Shown: positions 23,761 to 29,982 of the stretch, in pieces
Layout: every line of letters begins with the position of its first letter
Position numbering within the stretch: position 1 is the stretch's first letter
Source: Oscillospiraceae bacterium
Lineage (GTDB): Bacteria; Bacillota; Clostridia; Oscillospirales; Ruminococcaceae
Length of the DNA stretch: 48,214 nucleotides
Direction: 5' to 3'
NCBI GenBank assembly: GCA_900757485.1
Contig: CAAEOA010000050.1
Coordinates: 1-48,214 of the forward strand
Made by a program: the position numbers and the translations under genes
The notes under the pieces: generated by a model
The model's input: the letters and a program-made list of their open reading frames with translations, nothing else
Database searches by the model: none
What the model was told of the DNA's origin: nothing

Positions 23761-24456
23761 TCATTCTCCTTTGTCGTCATTTTTCTTCTTTGGCTCAAGC
23801 CAGTTATCCCATTCAGTCGGGAAGAGCCCGTATTTATTTAATCCCACAGCAACCTCATGTCGCTGTGCAACACCGAGGTTTTTGATGTGGTAAATCGTAT
23901 AGAAATCAAGTTTTGTAATATCTCCTAACACACGATACTCTGCGCGCATCAGAGCATTATATGCTCTCGTCGAGAGACTTAAGCACTCGATGGGAAGGGC
24001 TAAGACATTGACGCTGAATCCGGTCTTTGTAATCCCTTTAGGTCCATCTTCGAGGCCCTGTTTATATCCTTCAGTATATCCGGCCTGGTGGCCTTGCTCA
24101 TAGGCGCTATCAGAAAGCTTCTTTGCGAAACCTCTGACACCAAGCGTGATATATTTCCAGCATATTGGTGTTCTAAGTTTTCTGAGTGCTCTTGATTCAA
24201 TCTGTCGCGATCGCTCCTGCTTAAATCCAAAGTGCTCTCCAATTTGAGCAAGTGTTTTTTTCTCAACATAGCGCAGGTATATAAGCATCTGTTCGCGTTC
24301 ATCAAGAGTTGATACCGCGTAATTGATTCCGGCTATAATATCAGGTGTGAATTCCGGTGATTCCAACTCACGATCCTCTATAACAGCCATTACAAGATTT
24401 TTCGGATAGTCTTCTTTAAGTATTTGCCGCTTCAAAGCAGCTGCTTCTGTTTTCAT
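23761..24456 (-). CDS. Sigma-70 region-4 HTH fused to an RNA polymerase alpha-CTD-like domain
   Basis: Region 4: LIYLRYVEKKTLAQIGEHFGFKQERSRQIESRALRKLR. C-terminus: LSLSTRAYNALMRAEYRVLGDITKLDFYTIYHIKNLGVAQRHEVAVGLNKYGL follows the alpha-CTD pattern (L.L..R..N.L......GDL......L....N.G.....E....L...GL). No region 2. Confidence 0.65.
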   Translation of the reverse strand: MKTEAAALKRQILKEDYPKNLVMAVIEDRELESPEFTPDIIAGINYAVSTLDEREQMLIYLRYVEKKTLAQIGEHFGFKQERSRQIESRALRKLRTPICWKYITLGVRGFAKKLSDSAYEQGHQAGYTEGYKQGLEDGPKGITKTGFSVNVLALPIECLSLSTRAYNALMRAEYRVLGDITKLDFYTIYHIKNLGVAQRHEVAVGLNKYGLFPTEWDNWLEPKKKNDDKGE

Positions 24457-24477
24457 TGTCTCTTCCTCCTCGAATAA

Positions 24478-24672
24478 TCACTCCATTCTGTAATTTGTAG
24501 ATGCCACTTTTCTAATGATCTCAATTCCAGGGATACGAAGCAATATGCCTTCTGATGTACCTATTATCTCAACCATATCGTTCTTATTGAGTTGATAGGT
24601 TCTCCGTATCTCTTTTGGGATAGTTACACGTCCAAGTTCATCTACTCGACGGGTTACTCCAACAACCATCAT
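24478..24672 (-). CDS. AbrB/MazE/SpoVT-family DNA-binding protein
   Basis: MMVVGVTRRVDELGRVTIPKEIRRTYQLNKNDMVEI is the swapped-hairpin signature. Start moved to 24672 (GGAG SD 8 nt upstream). Confidence 0.75.
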   Translation of the reverse strand: MMVVGVTRRVDELGRVTIPKEIRRTYQLNKNDMVEIIGTSEGILLRIPGIEIIRKVASTNYRME

Positions 24673-24690
24673 TATATCACTCCTTTCAAC

Positions 24691-24729
24691 ATTAGCAAAT
24701 AGCATTGTTTCTGTGCTATATGCTAATAT
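24691..24729. repeat. 39-bp regulatory repeat, copy X (upstream of AbrB-like gene)
   Basis: ATTAGCAAATAGCATTGTTTCTGTGCTATATGCTAATAT. 33/39 identical to 25304-25342. Confidence 0.8.
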
Positions 24730-24833
24730 TACCACTGAGTTAATGCGAAGTTTGTCGAAGCGTGTTGTCGAATAAAAAAACTTTCTACAAAATAGAGTAT
24801 AAAAAAGTATAACATCCTATTTTGTCAAATACT

Positions 24834-24849
24834 ATGAACTATAGTTCAT
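24834..24849. promoter_or_regulatory. Perfect 16-bp palindrome ATGAACTATAGTTCAT (candidate operator)
   Basis: Read directly. Lies between the XRE-gene terminator and a TTGACA hexamer. Confidence 0.5.
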
Positions 24850-24861
24850 GTTTTTGCGCAC

Positions 24862-24900
24862 AAAAAAAGAGAGGTACCGTTCCATAGAACGATAACTCTC
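24862..24900 (-). terminator. Intrinsic terminator after XRE gene
   Basis: Minus strand GAGAG-ttat-CGTTC-tatg-GAACG-gtac-CTCTC followed by TTTTTTTG. Confidence 0.7.
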
Positions 24901-24912
24901 TTGCTATTTCTC

Positions 24913-25248
24913 TTATAGATTTTTTAGATAGGCGTCTAATATATCAACTGCCGCTTTTCTTTGCTTTGGTGTAAGGCCCGCGAGTTTTTCTGTTATTTCA
25001 TCAAACACATAATCCTTCCCAGAAGGGAGTTCATTGCGCAATATATAATCTGCAGAGACATCCAACGCCTCAACAATCTTAATGAATATTTTCATACTTG
25101 GCATCTTCACACCACGTTCAATCTCGCCCAGATACATCACACCAATATCAGCCTTCTCAGCAAGTTGCTCTTGCGTAAGTCCAGCCTTGTTTCTTGCTTC
25201 TCGAAGCTTCATTCCTAATTCGACCTTATCCAAACCATCACCTCCCAA
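24913..25248 (-). CDS. XRE-family HTH transcriptional regulator
   Basis: LGMKLREARNKAGLTQEQLAEKADIGVMYLGEIERGVKMPSMKIFIKIVEAL. The true start is uncertain: TTG at 25248 or 25233, or ATG at 25212. Confidence 0.8.
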   Translation of the reverse strand: MGGDGLDKVELGMKLREARNKAGLTQEQLAEKADIGVMYLGEIERGVKMPSMKIFIKIVEALDVSADYILRNELPSGKDYVFDEITEKLAGLTPKQRKAAVDILDAYLKNL

Positions 25249-25303
25249 GCCGATAGCATTACTTCTTTACTATTTAGTATAAGTAATTGCTGTTTTAATT
25301 TGA

Positions 25304-25342
25304 ATTAGCCAATAGCGTTGTATCAATTCTATATGCTAATAT
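25304..25342. repeat. 39-bp regulatory repeat, copy Y (upstream of XRE gene, in a divergent intergenic region)
   Basis: ATTAGCCAATAGCGTTGTATCAATTCTATATGCTAATAT. Terminal inverted hexamers ATTAGC...GCTAAT. Confidence 0.8.
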
Positions 25343-25485
25343 CAAGTTAAAGTTTTTTATAGGAATGATGGCTCACAAGAGGTGGCGATCTGTTTCTTGG
25401 ATATAAAAACATAGCTTTACTTTGATTGATTTTGTTGTCACAAAACACGCAAATAATACGTTATAATATATGTGGAGGGGATGTT

Positions 25486-25665
25486 ATGGAAGAATTGAGC
25501 GATAAATTCAAAAAGAAAATAAATAGGTTGTTTCGTGAGCAAGCGGGAATAAAGAATGTTCCTCATCCCGAAGTGGACAATCTATACGAAAAAATACGAA
25601 GTGGAATTATAAGAAAATACTTAATGAAAAGAAATCGTCTCAAGAAGAAATGCAGCTGCCGCTAA
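25486..25665 (+). CDS. Small basic hypothetical protein (59 aa)
   Basis: GGAGGGG SD 5 nt before the ATG at 25486. Lys/Arg-rich. Followed by hairpin 25652-25676. Confidence 0.5.
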   Translation: MEELSDKFKKKINRLFREQAGIKNVPHPEVDNLYEKIRSGIIRKYLMKRNRLKKKCSCR

Positions 25666-25676
25666 TCGGTAGCTGC
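25652..25676. terminator. Shared hairpin between convergent genes
   Basis: GCAGCTGCC-gctaatc-GGTAGCTGC followed by ATTTTCTTC on the plus strand. Confidence 0.5.
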
Positions 25677-26453
25677 ATTTTCTTCACTTATTATACCATG
25701 TAACACATAACGCGCATTGTCGAATTCGTAACTACAGGTAGATAATGTAAGAATCTTGTCTGTGACTGCAGGAAAAAGGGAGCTTGTAAACCAGGACCTT
25801 TTCTTCGCTTCCTTTAACCACATTTCAAAATCTTCGTCAGACTCAAAACCAATCATCCAGGAAGGATCCTCGACGCTGGCCACGTAGCCGGCAAAGAATT
25901 CTATCCTGTAAGTTCTTTCCGGCGTGATAAGCAATCCTTCTGGATGCTCCTCGTAGTACGTCTGTTTCTTATACTTGGTTAAACCCGAGAACATTGTACC
26001 GTCTTTCATATGATGACCATAAATAATACTATGTCGGTCTGATATATCGCTATCTACTCTGGAATCTAAAAAGATGCAGCCGGCGCTGTTCCATTTACCG
26101 TCAATGAGATGCTTGAGATAATAACTGTTATCCGAGCCCTGCACAACAGGATAATTGATTGCGGTATCCTCGATGTAAATCCAAGCCACACAATCTTCAT
26201 TGATTTCCTTGAGTCCAACAAAGTCGATCGTAGGACCGACAGGCGCAGGTTCGATTTCTCCAGACTCAGATGGATTTGTTTCATCCGGTTCCTCTTCCGG
26301 TAGGACCTCAGGAAATGAGATGAGATTTTCTAAGTCAGTATAGGTATCGACGCTTTCCTGCCGTTCCGCATACTCCCGGTAAATCTGATATCCAGCGAAG
26401 GCGGCTGAAGACGCCAAAAACAAAGTCAGTATGATACAAATTATCTTTCTCAT
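25662..26453 (-). CDS. srtB: Class B sortase
   Basis: N-terminal signal/anchor. DCVAWIYIEDTAINYPVVQGSDNSYYLKH, IIYGHHM, catalytic TLSTC, and a downstream R in ARYVLHG. Confidence 0.85.
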   Translation of the reverse strand: MRKIICIILTLFLASSAAFAGYQIYREYAERQESVDTYTDLENLISFPEVLPEEEPDETNPSESGEIEPAPVGPTIDFVGLKEINEDCVAWIYIEDTAINYPVVQGSDNSYYLKHLIDGKWNSAGCIFLDSRVDSDISDRHSIIYGHHMKDGTMFSGLTKYKKQTYYEEHPEGLLITPERTYRIEFFAGYVASVEDPSWMIGFESDEDFEMWLKEAKKRSWFTSSLFPAVTDKILTLSTCSYEFDNARYVLHGIISEENAATD

Positions 26454-27283
26454 AGTTTGTTCGCCTTTTCTTTCATCTGCCGAGCCGACGGGTTACTGTA
26501 AATGAGTGTGGTTTGGACATTGCTATGACCGGCTTGATTTGCAACCTCGTGGATCTTATAGTCTCCGGTGTCGAGCGCATGGCTACAGAAATAGTGACGC
26601 AGCATCTTGGGTGTGATGACATCAGAATACTGGTTAAAGATCTGGTTGATACGGGATGCTGCCATCTTCTCGGACTGGCGGCTAACAAACAAATACGGAC
26701 TGTCTGAGTTTCTCACCTTCAGGTACTCACGAATCGCATGGACCGTCTTGTCATTCAAATACACTGTGCGGTGTTTGTCACCCTTACCAACAACATAGAT
26801 TTCCTTTGCAATCAGATCCACTTGATCAACGCGTAGGTTGACACACTCTGAGCGTCTGATACCAGTATAGGTATATAAGGTGACGATAGCGAAATCTCTT
26901 TTGCTTCCACCTTCGAGGAGTCTCTGGCGGAATGCTTCCACATCCTTCTGTTCGACAGTGCAGGGATTTGCATAGGCAATCTGAATTTTCATAAAATCAT
27001 TTTTTACGATTGCCAACTCGGTTTGACGTCCGGATGCAATCAGAAACTCATTAAAGCTTCGCAAGGAAGATAGATGGTTGTTCACGGACTTAGGATTGTA
27101 TCTCTTGATAGTTTTCATATATGAGATGTAATCGAGCACATTAGCACGGTAGAGCTGCTGCGGTTCACTGCCAAAACTATCAAGGCACCATTTGAAGTAA
27201 AGCTTAACCTTGTCACAATAATTTAGTGCCGTGTTCTCAGACTTACCTATACCGAGCAAATACTGTTTGAATTCATTTAACAT
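26450..27283 (-). CDS. Tyrosine recombinase (XerC/D-like, phage integrase family)
   Basis: SAM-like N-terminal domain. Catalytic signature GIRRSE...GKGDKHR...LRHYFCSH...AGHSNVQTTLIY. Start moved to the ATG at 27283 (GGAGG 8 nt upstream). Confidence 0.9.
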   Translation of the reverse strand: MLNEFKQYLLGIGKSENTALNYCDKVKLYFKWCLDSFGSEPQQLYRANVLDYISYMKTIKRYNPKSVNNHLSSLRSFNEFLIASGRQTELAIVKNDFMKIQIAYANPCTVEQKDVEAFRQRLLEGGSKRDFAIVTLYTYTGIRRSECVNLRVDQVDLIAKEIYVVGKGDKHRTVYLNDKTVHAIREYLKVRNSDSPYLFVSRQSEKMAASRINQIFNQYSDVITPKMLRHYFCSHALDTGDYKIHEVANQAGHSNVQTTLIYSNPSARQMKEKANKL

Positions 27284-27338
27284 CGAATTCACCTCCTACC
27301 CTTATTACACGAGACAAGGGGCAGGGATACAACAAAAA

Positions 27339-27449
27339 GATTATGTTTAACTCGGTTTGACAGAAAACCATTTTGATTATGTTTAACTCAGATATGTTTT
27401 TCAAACGCGTGCGTTTTGTGGGTTAAACATAATTATCCTTATGTTTAAC
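27339..27449. repeat. Four copies of TTATGTTTAAC: two direct half-sites plus an 11-6-11 inverted-repeat core (candidate recombination site)
   Basis: GATTATGTTTAACTC at 27339-27353 and 27375-27389. GTTAAACATAA-TTATCC-TTATGTTTAAC at 27422-27449. Confidence 0.7.
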
Positions 27450-27567
27450 TTATTTGTATCGTACTTTTCAGAGCAAATATAGGGTATAGAATTCAAAATG
27501 AGAACAATGTACTGTTGTCCCAATTTCTATATTATTTTGGGGACACTAAAAATTTACACAAAAACCC

Positions 27568-27596
27568 TTGATATTATTCCGCTAACCGAATATAAT
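27568..27596 (+). promoter_or_regulatory. SigA-type promoter (TTGATA-17-TATAAT)
   Basis: TTGATA at 27568-27573, a 17-nt spacer, TATAAT at 27591-27596, upstream of the 27630 gene. Confidence 0.65.
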
Positions 27597-27629
27597 ATAT
27601 AATAGCAAACGAAAGGAGCCGGAACACAT

Positions 27630-27842
27630 ATGAAATTCATAACCACAACAGAAGCCGGGAAAAAATGGGAGCTCTCTTCACGTCGCGTAGGAGTCCTATG
27701 TAGTGAAGGACGAATCCCGGGAGTTCAGAAAGCCGGCAATACTTGGCTAATTCCGGATGATGCAGAGAAACCGACTGATGCTCGTGTCAAAAGCGGTAAG
27801 TATATGAAATCTAAAACCGAAACGGAGGAATCGTTCAAATGA
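27630..27842 (+). CDS. Small helix-turn-helix DNA-binding protein (excisionase/MerR-like HTH_17 type)
   Basis: ITTTEAGKKWELSSRRVGVLCSEGRIPGVQKAGNTWLIP. AGGAG SD. ATGA overlap with the next gene. Confidence 0.65.
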   Translation: MKFITTTEAGKKWELSSRRVGVLCSEGRIPGVQKAGNTWLIPDDAEKPTDARVKSGKYMKSKTETEESFK

Positions 27843-29302
27843 TTGATATTGTTTCTATATTACAATCCAAAGAGCGAGTTAATATCGAAGTGAAAGCTGC
27901 AGGTGGTGGTATTCCAAACAGTATTTGGGAGACATACTCTTCTTTTGCCAACACCTTTGGTGGCACCATCATTCTCGGTATTGAAGAGATGAAAGACACA
28001 AAAGAATTTATCCCGAGAGGAGTTAATGATCCTCAGCAGATGCTCTCGGATATTTGGAACACGTTAAATAACCGTCAGAAAATCAGCAGTAACATTCTTT
28101 TGGAACACCACGTTTATAACATTGAGCACGACGGAATGAATTTCGTTGTGATCGAAGTGCCTCGTGCCGAGCGCAGGGAAAAGCCTGTCTTTGTTGGGCA
28201 GGATATGTTTAGAGGTACTTTCCGCAGAAACCACGAAGGCGATTATCACTGTTCCAAAGAAGAAGTCAAGTCTATGCTTCGTGACCAAACGGACACAACG
28301 CAGGATGCACTGATCCTCGAAAATCTCCTTATCAGCGATTTGAACCAGGATTCTATTCATCGTTATAGAATAATGTTCAATAACCTTAAGCCTGATCACA
28401 CTTGGGTGAAGCTTGCCGATGCAGAATTCCTTTTGAAAATCGGTGCCGCAAAGAAAAGCCAGAACGACGGAAATATCCATCCTACCCTGGGAGGTCTCCT
28501 CTTCTTCGGTGATTTCGTAAATATCAGTGATGAACTGCCGAACTTCTTCTTGGATTACAGAGAGCGCTTATCAAATGAAACGCGCTGGTCTGACAGAGTG
28601 TGCTCCGGAGACGGTAACTGGAGTGGTAACGTGTTCGATTTTTACTTCAAGGTCATTGACCGCCTGACTGCAGACGTAAAGGTTCCGTTCAAGCTTGATG
28701 CCAATCTGCAGCGTGTAGATGATACTCCTATTCACAAATCTCTCAGAGAGTGCTTGGCGAACGCTCTTATTCATGCAGATTACTATGGCCGTCGTGGAAT
28801 TGTCATCGACAAAGAATTCCGCAAGATTACCATTGCAAATCCGGGCACCTTCCGTATCGGAATTGACGAAGCTATCGCCGGTGGTATCAGCGACGCGAGA
28901 AATGGAAGAATCTTTAATATGTTCTCCCTTATTAAGGTTGGGGAACGCTCCGGACAAGGTTTGTGTGACGTATACAGCGTTTGGGACAAGAACGGATTCA
29001 AAAAACCTGAACTGATTGAAGCTGTAGATCCTGATCGTATTACTCTCACGTTGGCGATAGAAATTGATAGTAATCGTGACAGTAATGATAGTAATGAGAG
29101 AACTGATGATAGTAATCTGACAGAGACCGAGGCAAAGGTAATGGACGTGCTCCGTCATAACACCGGACTCAGTGCAACACAGGTAGCAACTGAAAGCAGG
29201 CTCTCTGTTTCAACAGTAAATAGAGCATACAAGAGCTTGAAAGAAAAAGGATATATCACCCGCGAAAACCAAACACGCGGCAAATGGATTATTCTAAAAT
29301 AA
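27839..29302 (+). CDS. AlbA_2 (Schlafen-like 'divergent AAA') / HATPase_c_4 protein with C-terminal winged HTH
   Basis: ERVNIEVK...SSFANTFGGTIILGIEE (AlbA_2 signature), ECLANALIHADY (HATPase_c_4-like), C-terminal MarR-like LSATQVATESRLSVSTVNRAYKSLKEKGYI. Confidence 0.7.
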   Translation: MIDIVSILQSKERVNIEVKAAGGGIPNSIWETYSSFANTFGGTIILGIEEMKDTKEFIPRGVNDPQQMLSDIWNTLNNRQKISSNILLEHHVYNIEHDGMNFVVIEVPRAERREKPVFVGQDMFRGTFRRNHEGDYHCSKEEVKSMLRDQTDTTQDALILENLLISDLNQDSIHRYRIMFNNLKPDHTWVKLADAEFLLKIGAAKKSQNDGNIHPTLGGLLFFGDFVNISDELPNFFLDYRERLSNETRWSDRVCSGDGNWSGNVFDFYFKVIDRLTADVKVPFKLDANLQRVDDTPIHKSLRECLANALIHADYYGRRGIVIDKEFRKITIANPGTFRIGIDEAIAGGISDARNGRIFNMFSLIKVGERSGQGLCDVYSVWDKNGFKKPELIEAVDPDRITLTLAIEIDSNRDSNDSNERTDDSNLTETEAKVMDVLRHNTGLSATQVATESRLSVSTVNRAYKSLKEKGYITRENQTRGKWIILK

Positions 29303-29338
29303 TCAGCACAATACACGCAGAAAGAAGGTGGTGGCAGA

Positions 29339-29932
29339 TTGGCAAGACAATATAAGAATGCACGTAAGAGCCAAAAGCTGATCGTAAAAGATGCAGCTGC
29401 CAAGCTCGACGTTTCACCATCTACTCTCGGTGCATGGGAAGCAGAGCGTAAAGCACCTTCGATTGAGAGTTTAGAAGCTATGGCGGATCTGTATCAGGTT
29501 TCCACTGATTATCTTCTTGGTCGAGAGGAAACGACCCCAACAACTTCTCTTCCACTCCCAGGTGAACTGCTCAAGATATACCACGGCAAATCAGTTTGGT
29601 CATCTGATTACGGGTGGGTACTGGTAAACTCAATTAAAAGTGTGCTGGTCTGTGTTGATGGATCTGTGATACCGTTTGATAATGTCGGATCCGTTTATGC
29701 AGCACAGCCGCCGTTCTATGAAGCATCGCTTCCGGAATCAAAACCATTAAGCAAGCCGGACCTCCAAAATTACCGAGAAATCTGGCTTGAACCAATCTCT
29801 CACGATGCGGAGCTTAGAGAACAACTTAGAGGAACCTATAAGGTTTACGAGCACTGGGTGGAAAATAATCTTGGCAACCGTTTTACAATTGATACCTATG
29901 GAGCAAAATGGCTTGCATTTATTATAGGGTAG
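29339..29932 (+). CDS. XRE-family HTH protein with uncharacterised C-terminal domain
   Basis: KLIVKDAAAKLDVSPSTLGAWEAERKAPSIESLEAMADLYQVSTDYLLG. TTG start. Confidence 0.7.
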   Translation: MARQYKNARKSQKLIVKDAAAKLDVSPSTLGAWEAERKAPSIESLEAMADLYQVSTDYLLGREETTPTTSLPLPGELLKIYHGKSVWSSDYGWVLVNSIKSVLVCVDGSVIPFDNVGSVYAAQPPFYEASLPESKPLSKPDLQNYREIWLEPISHDAELREQLRGTYKVYEHWVENNLGNRFTIDTYGAKWLAFIIG

Positions 29933-29935
29933 AAC

Positions 29936-29964
29936 AAAGGCGTCGCATGCACTGCGACGCCTTT
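29936..29964. terminator. Repeated hairpin family, copy 1 (bidirectional, between convergent genes)
   Basis: AAAGGCGTCGCA-tgcac-TGCGACGCCTTT, a perfect stem. Confidence 0.7.
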
Positions 29965-29982
29965 CATTATAGTTCTATTGGA

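Larger units (their letters stand above)
1..27449 (-). mobile_element. Probable integrative mobile element (ICE/prophage-like) segment carrying a cargo island; left end lies outside the window
   Basis: Co-directional minus-strand operons with ssb-like, AAA ATPase, YodL-like, DUF4262-like, methylase-like, AbrB/XRE regulator genes. A tyrosine recombinase sits at the right end next to a recombinase-type repeat site (27339-27449). Confidence 0.45.

Noticed and set aside
24478-24672. AbrB/MazE-like gene as the antitoxin of a toxin-antitoxin pair
   Set aside because: No MazF/PemK-like or other toxin ORF is adjacent. The downstream gene is the sigma-r4/alpha-CTD protein, so a transition-state or element regulator role is more likely.
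24823-24828. TTGACA hexamer as the -35 of the AbrB-gene promoter
   Set aside because: The nearest TATACT hexamers lie at 11-nt and 21-nt spacing and none at 16-18 nt. The promoter was therefore not called.
25435-25467. Promoter for the small plus-strand gene (TTGTCA … TATAAT)
   Set aside because: The spacer between the hexamers is 21 nt, and the -10 would leave almost no leader before the SD. It was not called.
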